DNA of 63,784 bases, filler included, from Intoshia linei (Eukaryota; Animalia; Orthonectida), in assembly GCA_001642005.1 (NCBI GenBank). It is 5 parts of 5 records of this genome, joined end to end, with 100 filler letters (N's around TTAATTAATTAA, not from the genome) between each part and the next. Parts side by side here need not be neighbours in the genome. Positions count along the whole stretch, not along the records: positions 25,318 to 45,498 come from LWCA01000699.1; positions 45,599 to 61,224 come from LWCA01000904.1; 3 more parts are not named here. One strand, given 5' to 3'. This document shows, piece after piece, positions 44,414-58,520 of this stretch. Within the stretch, counting starts at the first letter, position 1. Each line of letters opens with the position of its first letter. The notes under the pieces are model-generated. The model ran no database searches and was not told where the DNA came from. It saw only the letters and a list, made by a program, of their open reading frames with translations. A program made the position numbers and the translations under genes.

Positions 44414-45498
44414 CAGGGTGTCCACTCTTTTAAAGATCAAAAGGTATATTTGCATATAGATGTATTTTTATGCACTGATTACGATTATGTATACATTGTA
44501 TGTTTTAATTAAGATTTTCTTCGCCTATTTTTTAAAACGTCTTTTAATAAAATAAACGTAAACATACCATTATTTATTTTACAATACATTTGAAGTTAAT
44601 ATTGATAAATGCCAAAAGTTAATAATTTAATCTGTAAAAATGGTTTAAATTGGACACGTTCATATGGTGTAGTGATTAGTGTACCTCTAGATCAGGGGTG
44701 CACAACCTGCGGCCTTACGGCCGCATGCGGCCGTGGGAAATCCATGCCATTATAATGCAATATATCATTTTACTTCAAATTCAAAAGAAATATTTTTATC
44801 CAAATGGATTTAAACTCTTTTAATGTTAAATTAAATTTTGTGCGGCCGTAGTATCAATGAATAAAGTAGCTTTGCTGCTGAATTGATGAAAAGGTTGCGC
44901 ACCCCTGCTCTAAATAGTCTATGCATATTGTCGACAATTAATAAAATTATGAGAAGCTATCATTATTTACAAATCGAAAATAGCAAAAAATGAAAAATCC
45001 TATTACTGTAATAAAACTGCTAAAGAACTACATGCCTTGTGGGTAAAAATGACTCTTGGTCCAATCCCATTAGGATTGGTAAAATTGAAAATTAGAGATT
45101 TAATGAAAGAATATACACTATTTTCTAAAAATCCCAAATATTACTACGAATTTCAAGAAAGTTGGGGCAGCATATTCATGACAAGAGATAAAAATATACA
45201 AATTGACGATGAAGATGAACGTTTTCCAAAAATGCAAATCATTTCGAAAGGAGAATGTGGTGTATATTCTAATAGTTTCTGTAGTTTGACTGTACCAATT
45301 AAAAAATCGAAAAAGGACAAATATTTTGATTTTCAATTTGAATCAATAGTGGAGCCTTATTCTGATAATTTAACCGATAAAGATTATTTACCACATGATG
45401 AACTTTCAAAAAATATGTCAGTGAAGTGTGATAAATTAGCTAAAGCATCATTATCTGCGAATGTTTCAGTTCGAAGGGTAAAACAAATTGTGGAAATT
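44414..45498 (+). mobile_element. Decayed hATm-like transposon, 5' part, truncated by the gap
   Basis: Terminus CAGGGTGTCC. ORF from ATG 44609 (..WTRSYGVVISVPL) is interrupted by a MITE and a frameshift near 44970, then reads NKTAKELHALWVKMTLGPIP...IQIDDEDERFPKMQ...KLAKASLSANVSVRRV. Confidence 0.6.
44693..44907. mobile_element. 215-bp hAT (Charlie/Buster-type) MITE
   Basis: TIRs CAGGGGTGCACAACCT / AGGTTGCGCACCCCTG; internal GCGGCC motifs; TSD CTCTAGAT / CTCTAAAT. Confidence 0.9.
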
Positions 45499-45598
45499 NN
45501 NNNNNNNNNNNNNNNNNNNNNNNNNNNNNNNNNNNNNNNNNNTTAATTAATTAANNNNNNNNNNNNNNNNNNNNNNNNNNNNNNNNNNNNNNNNNNNN
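45499..45598. other. Artificial 100-nt gap spacer
   Basis: Same N44-TTAATTAATTAA-N44. Confidence 0.98.
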
Positions 45599-46411
45599 AT
45601 TCAGTATAAATATTTAATATAAAGTTTTCAAATAGCTAGTAGAATAAACTTGTATTCGAGATTTTGTTGTATTTATAAACGAGAAACTACTGTATATATA
45701 TTAGATTCAAATTTTTATTCTTAAATTAAAAATAAAGTAACGTTCAGTGTAAATTTAACTGCATATTCAATACATATGTACTATTATTTAAAGACCCATT
45801 TTCAAGGTGATTTTATAAATTTTACTAACAATACTCCGTAAAAATTAATAACTCCAAACTTTATGACCTTCAAATATCTTTTTCTAAATCTTTCATCGTT
45901 AAGTATTTATTACGTGTATATAAAATAAATATCAAATCTTAATGGTGATCAAATAGGGCCTTCCCAGTAATTTTATGCAACCTTGTGAAATTGTTTTTGA
46001 CTTTTTTTGTGAAATAAATAATAATTGTAATGTGAAAGAAAATATTGATAAAAGTATGTGTAACGATTGGCAGATAAAAACTTTGATAAGTTCATCTTAA
46101 ATAAAAAGATGTCCAAATCTCGATTCGAAGCTAGCTACGCAGAATACAATTATATGACTATAACCACTCTGCCAGTTAGACATCACAAGTGAGTTATATC
46201 AAAAGTATATTATATTGAAAAATTGGATCACTCTAGTTGATTATTATTATACAATATAATTATCAATATATTGACATTTCTTATTCTTTCTTGAAATTTT
46301 TCACATTAATTTAATGGATTTTAGTTCAATTAACTATAATTGGCCAGATTATAATTAGGTTAACATTAAAACTTTAATTTATTAAATATTATTCAAATTT
46401 TATTTTTAGAA

Positions 46412-48314
46412 ATGCTTACAAAAAAGAATAGCTGTAGAAAGATGAATTATAACCCTAAACTAAATATTCCAAATAAACTACGACCTGTTGTTATTGCTGG
46501 GTACAAAAATGAGATATTTTATTATTTTTAGGCCTTCAGGTGTCGGAAAATCTACATTGATTAAAAAATTGATACAAAATTACCCAAATGAGTTTGGATT
46601 CAGCGTTTCACGTATATATTTTTTATTTTGTTTGATAAATTTTTTAGATACAACCAGAAACATTCGAAAAGGTGAAGTTGATGAAAAAAGTAATTTTTTT
46701 TCAAATAATAACATTTTTTTTAAATTAAAAATTAATTGACATTTTTACACCCTCTATTCCAGTGGTTCTTTTAATTTAATTTATTCTTTTTTGACTTATG
46801 CACCCCCAAATATTGATCTTAATGACTGCACCCCTGATTAAAAATCAATTAATACAATATTAATTATAAATAAAGTGTTAACTAGTTTACTTAAATTAAA
46901 CGGATACAATCTAAAAATTAAAGCTGATTTGGTCATAATAATGGTTCTGAAGAGCCAGCAGTAGGCCCGGGTTTGATGGAAAATATAGGCCCCTTAAAAA
47001 ATTTTTTTAAAAATGGACCTCTATAAATTAATTAATCGAACGTTCATTATCTAAAAATTAAAAATAACAATAATAATAAATGATAAATTGTCAACTGTTC
47101 CACCTATATCGAAACGTCTTCTTTTTCAAACGATAACTTCAACACTGTCAATGACGTTTGAGTGTTTTATATTCTCATGATTACGTAGGAGGTTTGGCTT
47201 TATGCTATTATTTCATAAAACGCCGAGAATTAAATGCACTGAGGTTTTTTGGTTTCATCTGCATCATTACGACAGGTAAAACCAAATTCTACGTAATTTT
47301 TATTTCATTTTCTTTTAGACATCCTTAGAAAAGGTTAAAAACTCTATGATAATTTATATATTAAAATCATACCTTGTATACCTTAAAAAAGTTGAAAATA
47401 CAAAATTAATTTGATTATTAAATGATTGTGAATAAATTCAAAGAGCGTTAATTATTAATTTACTTACTTGTTAATAAGTATTAACAAAATGAAATTATGT
47501 CTTATATCTAATCTTTTTGTTGATAATAAAAATATCAATTATGTCATTTCACTCATTTAGAAAAAAATCAATTAATTATTTTATTAATGTAATTAAAAAA
47601 AATTGATTATGCACCCTGTTAAGAACCACTGCTCTATTCCATCATATTCCATTGGAAAATTTTATTTATTTTATATTTATATATTGAACTTTATTTTTAA
47701 CCTATTTTCATACAAATAACCCATAATCTTGTTCCGCAACTTAAAAAAGATTGAGTTGTATTTCTTTCATTTATATTATTTTTATATATGCATTTTAGAC
47801 TACTATTTTATTGATACTCAACAATTTCTTGAAAAAGTCAAAGAAAAATGTTTCATTGAATATGCAAAATATGCAAATAATTTTTATGGAACTAGGTAAA
47901 TATTAACTATAATGTGACACATATTATATACATTTTTAAGTTATGAAGCTGTAGAAAATTTAATCAAATTAAAAAAAATTTGTATATTGGATATAGATAC
48001 TCAAGGTTTTAAACGTATTTGACAAAATTAATTAAAAATTTTAAATAGGTGTCAAAAATATAATAAAAAGCAAAATTAATGTTATATATATATTTATCAA
48101 ACCAAAAAGTTTGGATCAATTAAAAACACGACTAGAAAAAAGAGGTACAGAGACAAAAAATTCCATTGAAATGAGACTTAAAATTGCTGAAAAGGAAATT
48201 AATTTTGCTCAAAATTCATCAGTTTACAACAAAATAATTGTTAATGATGATGTAAATATTGCTTATTCCCAACTTACAGAATATCTCAAAAATCAGTATG
48301 ATCAATTGGCATAA
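46412..48314 (+). CDS. GUK1: Guanylate kinase
   Basis: Exons 46412-46500, 46532-46611, 46648-46689, 47799-47895, 47941-48005, 48049-48314. Motifs [65 protein letters not shown]. Confidence 0.95.
46760..47631. mobile_element. 872-bp hAT-type non-autonomous element in GUK1 intron 3
   Basis: TIRs CAGTGGTTCTT / AAGAACCACTG; perfect 8-bp TSD CTCTATTC. Confidence 0.9.
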
Positions 48315-48410
48315 TTGATTTATTATTTGTCAAAGTATATTATGTTTAGTACACATGTAGTTTATTTATAAAATACAATTTAATAATTTCTTCAATCAAA
48401 TCAATTTTAA

Positions 48411-51400
48411 TTAATGCTTTAAATACCATGAATAAATATTCATAAAAGTGTCGTGTTCTGTGGGTATTGATGAAAGGCTATGATTGTCCTCTGGATATAA
48501 TAGTGTCCTGAAAATCAACGTTATATTTGAAAAAAATTAAATAAAATCAATAATTTACACTTTGAGAAAAGTGGAAAATAATTAATGTTTCCGTTAATAT
48601 GTAATATGTTAATTTTGTATGTAGTGATTTATTAAATACCTAATTTCACAACTGTTTGCAAGTAACTGCTTTCTAAGTAAATAACTTTGACTTGGCGGTA
48701 CGCGTAAATCTTTTGCACCAATCATTAATAATAACGGTGTTTTTATCTAAAAAATAGATATGTACTTTTATAAGTTTCATATCAGACTGATTTTCGCTTT
48801 TCAATCAAAATTCAAAGATAATTTTATAATTGCTATTTACAGATTATAATATGTATGTGATGTAATATATATGTATATTATGTATATTACTTTCTGAACA
48901 TTCACAATAGGAGATTTATCATACAATTCAGCCAAAAGCTTTTTATTCAAATAAAAATTGAATTCTTCATTTAAAGCTTCATTGGTGGCCCTAAAAATTA
49001 AATAATTTCAAATATAGAACAATCAAATGAGTATCAGATCATAATTTTATTAGTTTTTTTAATCTAATTGGATATGAATTGGAACCTGAAAAGTGTGATA
49101 TCAAAAAATTGCAAGTTATGAAATTTTAACATACAACGTACATCATATTTTGGAATTAATTATTTAAAGTTGATACGATTCATTGTATATTTGTTAACAG
49201 TATCATTTCCAGTATTCAATAAAAAATTAAAGGAAATCGGGTAAATTATCCTGGATGATATTTAAAATAAAATTTTCATTGATCCAATTTATCGTATTGT
49301 GATATAACACAGCTTGGATGATTTCGAAAATATTGACGGTTGGGGGTATGGCGGGCCAAGTCAAAAAGTGAAAAAAATTCAATTGATCCTTTTATTAAAT
49401 TATTAATGTATCCTATGACAATATTTTAAATTTATTAATAATGTGAAAAAATTTGACAAAAGTTATTGAAACCTGGTTTATTCATATTGATATTGCAATG
49501 TGGTTCAGAATCTGAACTTCAGATCCATAAAAACTTGTGTTTATTGAATTCAAAACAGAATATACCAAGCTCGAGGCCAACCCGAAAATAAAAATTAGAC
49601 TCATTTTTTGTGCAAGCTATGCGTAGTTTTATATAGCCCCCAGCCACCTATTCAAGGCTATTGACTTGACATTTTGCATTTAATACACAAAATAGTAAAT
49701 TATTTAATTTCTGCTCTGTCGGGTTTGCATTGAAATTTAATATATTTTAATGTCTGCATCGTCGTATCATAATATATAAATAATTAACATATAAATTTGG
49801 CCGCCAGTTTTCATAAAATTTTCCACCTTTGCTTAAATATACCATCAATATACAGAGTATACTCAATTTGATACAAATATATATTATTATGTTGTGCCAT
49901 GCTTTTTAACTTATATAAAGTATAATAATCTATAAATCATTTACCATGTTTGTATATCTGTGATTGATATCATGGCTAAACATTGCATTAATATTTTTTT
50001 ATACTTTTTCACTTACATGATATATCAAAAACCGGATTTCGAGAGGTAGCTGCATTGTAAAATTCCTAATAGATGATAAACTATTATATAAATATAGGTA
50101 CCGGCCATTTTCCAAGCAAATGTAATAAAATAAACCCTCCATGACTTCCACCTATAAAAAAAGTAGACGTTTATTGTCGTCATAAATGGGTTTTAACATA
50201 AAGATTTTTAAATAATAAATAAATGAATGATTTAAACATCTGCTCTAGGTGATATAATATTATTTATTTCAGATTTTTATAGGTTACATATACTTAACCA
50301 CACTTTGAATTTTTTTCTTAGGTTATGAATGTCAAATCTTGACTTTATATTTCCTTAAAAATTATATTACTTTTTACCTTTTTTCATCATGTCAATGTGA
50401 TAATTTTTTAAAAATGTGTTTATTTTTGACATTATTATTTAATGTACTCGTGATTAAGTTAGAATATGTGTATTTCTAAGACTGTGATAGTTACGTTTTA
50501 GATATTGAACAATATTATGTTAAATTATATATTTCATGGGTATTTTTATAAATTATTATGTTAACTTATTAATAAAACCGTTGTAATTGTATATAATTCA
50601 TTGATGAACGGCACGAACCTGTATTTAATCGTTACTTTGTTAAATTTATAGACCTATTAATAATTACAATTTGGGTGCCTAAGACTTATATCGGGACTGT
50701 ACATTAAGGTGTGTCCTATAACACTTTTTTTAAACAATGCAAAATTAATTCACGGGGAAAGATGAAACGTTTTATTGCGAACAAAATGATGTGCTTGAAA
50801 TTGTCTAACTCTCAAAAAAATTATTGACTTTTTGCATTTTAAACTAATTTTTAATACAATTTTTCAAAAATAAACATGAACTTTATAAAAACATATTGGT
50901 GTGGTAACGATGTGAATTCATGCGTTTAAATAGTATATGTAACATTTGTGAGTATATATAATACCATGGTTATCACAGTTTATCAGAAATCCTTCTCAAT
51001 AAAACCCTATTTTACCCAAAAATCCATAAAAAACGGAATTTATAGGATAGAGGGTTTCTTAGTGTTTTTTCTAACAATTATGACATTTTAAATACATGAT
51101 CTTGTTCGCAAGAATTTTTATTATATTTTATTTGGCTACTTTTATGAATTTAGTTAATAGAACTAATTAGCAGTGAAAATAAGATTGATCAATTTTATAA
51201 AAAAATAAAAATTTTTTTTTTAAATTTTAAAGTTTATACGCGATACATTAAATTTGTAGGAACCTGAAGTTTGAAATTGATCTATACTGAATGGGGGTTT
51301 GAGGATTTAATAAAAATCTGAAAAATAGTAATAAAAAAAATTAATCCAAAAATTTTTTGTAAAATAGTATGCAATATATATTTTAAGATAAAAAATTTGT

Positions 51401-54400
51401 TTGTCATTAATGCATTATTTTTCAAAACGCTCTCTAACTGAATATTAAAATGAAACATTTATAAAATTACTAAAAAATTAAATAAATTAATATGGAAATG
51501 TATATTAATATTAATTTATAAAATAGTATTCATTTGTTCAATCTCATTTGAGAATCATTGAAATATCTGATCAAAACAAGTTCCAAATTTTTTAAGGACT
51601 TTGAATGCTCTAGTTTCTTATTAACCATTCTAAACACCCTCTCCGCCAATTCGTTGGTTAACGGGTTTACATCCAAACCTGACAATTGATTTCTTATAAT
51701 AACATTTTTTGAATTAGTTAAATAATTTCGTAATTAGAATTAAGTGTTTCCAATCATCATACAATAATTTTACAAAGTTGTATTGATTTAATATAATTAA
51801 TAAATAAATTTGTGAATTGATATTTTAAAACCAAATCAAGAATGTGTAAACTACATGGAGAATATATAGAACCAGGGTATTTTCGTTGTAACCTAACAAT
51901 AACACCATTCCTATGTCCTGTGTTTGTTGGTTCTGTATCAGAGATAATTATTTTTGGAATTAAAAAATTTCTTTCCAGAATAGCTATTATCTTATTTGTA
52001 ATGATCAGTGATTTTTTATTCTGTATTTGAACAAAAGCAATCAACTTTCCTCCAAAACAAATTGCTAATATATGCTATTTTTCCCCATATAGATTATTAT
52101 ATGTTTTTCCGTCAAATTGTAAGATGGAACTGTTGTCGATATTAAAACTTTAAGAATTATATAATACCGCATTTCGCATGGTTGATTTATTTAAAGCGCT
52201 ACGAGTGGTAGGCTTCATTCTTTCATCTCCAAACTCATCGTACATCACCTTAAGAACAGTAATAGTCTGTGATAAGGATAAATTTGCCTCTCTTCTAATT
52301 TTTTCCGCCAAGTTCGCGTTAATTCGATCTCTCGTGTCACTCACTACGATTGGTCGATTGCACATGCCTGCTGCTCTCCTTCATCATCATCGCCATTTAA
52401 AATGTTTCATTTTAATATTCAGTAATTGCTTACATTCTAAATCAGTGGTTCCCAAAGTGGGCGATTAATTCAGTTAGGAGGCGTTAATATATACTTTTAA
52501 TATATGGGTTAATTATATGTAATATTTTTTATATTTTTGTTAATAATACCATTAACATATACTTTATCATTTCTTCCTCTATTCATTATTGATTCAACTG
52601 TGCACTGAAAAGTATTAAAATAAATATTATAATTATAGATATGCAGTGCATATTATGCACATTAATGACACATAATTACAGTATATGTTAAATGAATAAT
52701 TTCGTAATATTCCAATATATTTACTTTAGGATTTGAAATAATGTGGAAACGACAAAAAATTTTTATATTCTTTACAAAAATGTCAATTTTTGCAATGTTA
52801 TGTATTACAGAGTTGTGCACTGAGATAAATTTAAATTTTGATTGTATTTCACTACATTACATATATATTAATTTGTATTTAAAATCGTGAGTAAACATTT
52901 ATTTAATTGTACTTTTATTTTTACGTCATTTATCGATTATCGTTTATAGTAAAGCATTAATATTAAAAATTCAAATACACTTAACCACTTCTACTACAAA
53001 ATTTTCAAACTTTATAAATGTACAATGTACATACAATATGAATGTATATATTATTTAAAAAATAATACAATTTCGAAAACTCTAAAAGGAAACCCTAGCT
53101 GCTGTGACGAAGGCATAATTATTTACTCTTAAGGTCTACTCACTCACTTAAAGTACTCAAAAATATTTTAAATTTTATTTGGATCACCCATTAGTACAAT
53201 AAATTATTAATGAATACACAGGAAAAGCCATGTATAGTTATTAATTTAAAATATTTTAATAATACCTGAACTTGATTAACATCAATAGTACCAATATTCC
53301 CTAATAATTCATTAACAGATGCACATGATTTTCCTCCAATGCTTCCAACGTAATTTGTCAATAAAACATCACAACCAGCCAATAACCACAAAAATATATT
53401 TACACTGAATGAATGTTTAAAACAGGAATGAGGTCCACCGTGTACTATAACCATCAAAGGAATTGTAGTTTCATTTAAATAGACAATTTTTTTACAGTTT
53501 CTATTCGTCCTCAACAATATATTTCTATCAATCATTTCAATACTGGGTTCACCATTTTCATACAAATCTGTATATTGATCAAGACTATCAACATAAAAAT
53601 ATGTTGTATATTCTATTTCTCCTATAATAAAAAATTAAATTTTTCATATTTCATTTCTTAGATTCAAAGAAATATAAGACTTAGGTTAATAATTTCTAAC
53701 AAAAATTAAAAAATTAACGCTGCTAGAATTTTAAAAAACACAAATTATAATTACAAAAACGTATAGGATACATATTTTACAGAAAATTCAAAAATTTACA
53801 TTTCATTATTTGAAATTAAAACTGGATTACTGATGTAAATCTTAGATACAATCTATAAATTTGTATCATAAAACGCACTAATAAATGGTTATTTGAATTG
53901 TACACATAAATAATTTATTACCATTTTTCAAGTGAATTATTCCCACACTAGTTGGAATCAAGATGGATGAAAACGTAACCAAAATAAAATTTTCTGAAAC
54001 TAATAGCAAATTGACCGAAGTGAACTGATTAACATTGTAAAAATGAGTGTACTTTGAATCAGTTGAAATACAGGTAACATTGAGTGATTCCAAAGATATT
54101 TCTTTAACGATTAACTGAATTCTAGTATCTTTATCAGTCAATGACTTGTTTACTAATCTCAACTGAGCCAATTTTGTTGTACAATCCTTATCCAAAAATG
54201 TAAAATATAATGTTGAGTTATTTATAATGTGTTTAGTATTAAATAAAAATAAACAATAAGATTCAGTGGAACAGGTAACTTGTCCTGTAGTTAAATTCAA
54301 ACAATAAATCCTAAAATATTCATGAAATAAAAAAAATAAAAATACTACCAAGAATGTTGAAAATGAGCTCCTTGAACATTAGTTCTCGTTGAAAGAAGAC

Positions 54401-55924
54401 ACATTTCATTTAAATCTGATTTAAGAAAAATGCAATTCCTGAAACATACTTTTGGGAAATCAAAATTTTCAATATCATTTACATTCTTCAAAGTTTCATT
54501 GTTATAAAAACATTTTGCATATTTTTGGATTGTTGATACTTTTTTACTTTCATAATCTAGCAGAAAAACTTTAGTATCTGTATTATTTATAAATCTTTGA
54601 CCAAATTTATACGGCTTCGTCAAATAACACGTTACCACCAATATGTTATCAGAGTAGCTAAAATTTGCACTGAAAATTGAATATTCTTCGGTGAAATCAT
54701 CGAAAATTTTAATTTCTAAATTATCAGTGTTTATCAATACTAATACAGGATCATATATTGTTGAAAGTTGTTCGCCAAATGATTCCTTGAATACATATTT
54801 ATTATAATCTTGCTCATCATTAAAATATTTTTGTTTTTCAGGTGCTTTATCTTTTTCAGCTAAATAGCAAAAATATTTGCAATCTTGTGACCACTTTAAG
54901 GAATTAAAATTTTCATTATTTTCCAAAACTTTTCCATGTAAATTTAATTTAGTCAAATCTATAGATGTATGCTTTTCTGTTTTAGACCATATCTAAAAAA
55001 TAATAAAATGGTAAGATCGGTGATGATAAAAGGGTCAAACAATCATTCAAATTATGAATAACCTCAAGATATGATCTTTCATTTTGGTTTATTATTTTAA
55101 TTCGTCCGCCCAATCGATTTTTAACGTCGCAAACACTATAATAATATTATTTTATTATATTACTATTAAAACGTATTAGTTTGTTCTACAGTATTAATAA
55201 TCTTGTAACTTTTGGATTTTGGAGAATAATGCAGTGTAGTTAGCATTTTTCTTTTATTTTGCATAATTACATCAGTCGAAGTTCTTGTTAAATCAATTAA
55301 AATTTCATGATTTAATTCTTCTACATTATTAATATATTAACTACTAATAACTACAATTCATGTAATATATTATTTATTGGGATTTAATAATGTGATTTTA
55401 AAAATTTAAAGTGTAATTAATTCTTTTATTTCAGAAAAAATGCCTGACTCCTGATTGTTAAACTTCTTTCATATCGTAAATATTGTATAATTAATTATTT
55501 CAGTCGTTCTAGAATCTAGACACTAGTGACTACAGTCTCAAATAAATTTTAGAGGCCTTGGAGAGATTTTCGTATCTTAAAAAAATATTAATCTTGTGAA
55601 TAAAAATATGTTTACTCATAATTAGCCCATGGAAAATTATCACCTAATTGAAATATGAAAGTTTTATAAAATTTCGTTTAATAGTCGTAATAATGATAAA
55701 ATCAGATTAAATGAATTATCAGGTTGATATAAAAAAATTGAGACGTTCCTGCTACAATAAATTGCATAAATTCCAAAAAGTTTACCAATTTCAGCACTAG
55801 TGATTACTGGTTGTGTAGTCATTTTAATATACGCTTTTTCCATCTTTTTTATCTATAACGTTAAATCAAATCAATAAGTTAAATTAATAAATTTTGAAAT
55901 GAAAACCTTTTCCTTCAAATCCAT
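48411..55924 (-). CDS. APEH: Acylamino-acid-releasing enzyme (S9C)
   Basis: ATG at 55924 in an 18-nt first exon, then many exons. Motifs LHGKVLEN, YLAEK, ESFGEQL, PLMVIVHGGPHS, NYVGSIG, GGSHGG (Ser, near 50145), IGAKDLRVP (Asp, near 48705), LYPEDNHSL (His). Stop at 48411. Confidence 0.93.
50705..52370 (-). mobile_element. Decayed hATm-like DDE transposase in an APEH intron
   Basis: Motifs in order: LQFDGK (about 52110), ISDTEPTNTG, PCSLHILDLVLK (CxxH), TNELAERVF (about 51650), with stops, frameshifts and an internal deletion. Terminus TAAGGTGTGTCC at 50705. Confidence 0.7.
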
Positions 55925-57261
55925 TTTTTAATCAAATAAAAATTTAATTTTGAAGATAACTTAGTTTTCGAATAATTACAATGTCAATAGTCATTGACTA
56001 TTATTTACATGTATTTAAAAGTTTTTATGATAAATATTTGTAATTTAATTTTTAATTCTTGTTATTATTGTAGGGTTTCAAATTATTTATATCTACATTT
56101 AATTACTATTTAATGTATGTTAATTACATCGATAAATTTTAGCTATTCTGATTAAATCTACTCCAGAGGTCACTAAAGTGAACGATGAAACAAAACAATA
56201 TAATTTATTAATATATTATATAAAGTATTTTTGTCAGAAATTTAATGTATAACTCTTTATATACTCAATTTTAATTTAAAAAAATATGAGAAAAACTAAA
56301 CTTTTTACTATAAATCTACTTTATATGATTACAACATAATGCATAAGTATGGTAAACGGTTTCCTATATTCGAGTTGAATAATATTATTAACTAAATTAA
56401 TTTTATTTACACTATTAAATTTTTATTAAATTTGATCAAGCCATCAAATTCTTTACAGTTAATGTACATTTTTATTCCCAATACACAGTTATGTCCACAT
56501 AAACTTGGTCAAATTTGGATAACAGTAACCTTTTAATTGTATTCTGTTCATCTAAACAATTATTGATTATTTGTAGTTGAATGTTTGCGAGTGTTACAGT
56601 TTATCTAAAAATTTAACAGTCCTAAATTTATAAAAACCGAATTTCTAATAACTTTTTCGCGGGTGATGTTTATATCTAAGTTTAATTTTTCGAAATTGAG
56701 TCCTTTGCTGTCACAAATCCAATTTTCCCATTTTTAAAAATAAAATCAACCCGGAAGTTTATAAAATATACAATGTGATGCAGATTTTAAAATTGTAAAC
56801 ATTATGATAAATTTCAATTTCAAAAACTTATATCTTCACGGCCAAAATCACAAATTACGCTTTTTTTTAAAAATGAAAATAGTCCTAGCATTTAAGAAAA
56901 GATTACATATCATACTGTTATATCCAGTTAACACACATAAAAAATTTTAATCTCACAAATTGATGCCTTCACGTTCAAAAAAGATCTTTTTATTCATTTT
57001 TTTATTTGATAACTACTTTATAAACAAAACATTTGAAATAATTAATGGTCCTAGAATTAAAAAAAAAGTTTATTCTTATACAATTTTATATAGTTTATGC
57101 TTATTCGAGTTGATGTACAATAAAATATTTTTTATTGTAAATATAAAAAATTTTAACCTCATAAGATAACGCTTTCTATAGGTCAAAAACAACTTTTAAT
57201 TTTATAGCCAATATTTTTCAATTTTAGATTTTCTTATTTATTATTATTATTACTATTATTT

Positions 57262-57341
57262 ATTTTTTATGTAGAATTAAAAATGTCCGCTCTCGGAATA
57301 GCTAGGTGCTGTTTGTACATAGTACATAACAGTCAACCTAG
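57262..57341 (+). mobile_element. Helitron-like 3' end
   Basis: GCTAGGTG-CTGTTTGTAC-ATA-GTACATAACAG-TCAAC-CTAG|T. Further 3' ends at 7872-7927, 37199-37226 and 59631-59720 (-); 5' ends at 23823 (-) and 37165 (-). Confidence 0.75.
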
Positions 57342-57487
57342 TAATAAATAAATAAAATGTATCATCTCATGATATGAAAATATACAAAACGTTATAAATA
57401 ATAATTAACATTTTTATAAACGGTTGCGATTCCATTTGTAAGAGGTAAATATTAATCATAAATATTTATGTGTAGTACGTATATTAC

Positions 57488-58520
57488 TTTTCAAATCATT
57501 AACATTTTTCATGGAATGTTCCGGTATGGTCACTGACACTGAACAAATAGTAAACGCATCATCTAGGGTCCAAATATATAAAGAATCAACTGAATGAACA
57601 TTTTCTATCTAAAATGTATTTTAAAAAATGAATAATCATGTAATATAATATACATATACATATATTATAAATTCGAGTGGTTCTCCACGTGGGCGTTAAC
57701 GCCTCCAAGTGCGTTTTCAAAATTTAGGGGCGTAATATAAACCAATATTATTAAAAATATCAAATGTGTTATTTTTTATATTTTTGACAAAAAAAATTGG
57801 CGCCTTAGGTATTTTGCGTTATAGGGATGTGAGTCTTCAAAATTTCTTTATCCACTGATTTATTCTGAAATGCCGAGGAAATCATCGTGTTTTCCAACAT
57901 CTAATATGGTTGAAACTGAATTCAGTTCTGTATACAAAATATTTAGTAAAGATATAAAAATAATTAATATATGTCAAAAAGGAGATATTGATATCAAATT
58001 AACTAGCATAAAATCAAGAATTAAGAAGTTGTCACTCAATCATCAGGCCAAGGATCACATGGAATTAAATAAAAATATTTACATTTTTTCCATTATTATT
58101 GATTTTATAAAAATTATAGTTCATTTTATTATAAGGGCTTATCATATCATTGATTTAGAAATGTATGCATTATGGTTTAATGAGAGCGTTGAGTTAAAAA
58201 GGTTGAGAGCACCTGGAATACAGTATATTAAAAAGAATTTTTCAAACGAAAAAATTGGTTTCCACAACCCATACACATACCAAAAGATTATAATTATACA
58301 ACTTTAAAATTATAATGTTTATCGCCCCTAAAATCTCAAAATGCCTCCTAAATTTTGAAATCTGCCCAGGGCGGTACGCCCCGTCGAAGACCTCTTACTT
58401 TGGATGTTATATTTAAGATTTTAAAGTTAACAACCAATTAATACCAGATTGTAATCCTTCATTATTTCAAAAATATTAACAATTTTGGAACTTTTACTAT
58501 TTTACCTTTTCCATAATTAA
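57488..58520 (-). pseudogene. SLC30/ZnT (CDF) cytoplasmic-domain remnant
   Basis: Exon 57608-57488 reads IENVHSVDSLYIWTLDDAFTICSVSVTI, resembling the CDF V.DLHIW.L....SVHV motif. The upstream piece (SKIVNIFEIMKDYNL) splices in phase but has nearby stops. I could not build an intact chain. Confidence 0.4.
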
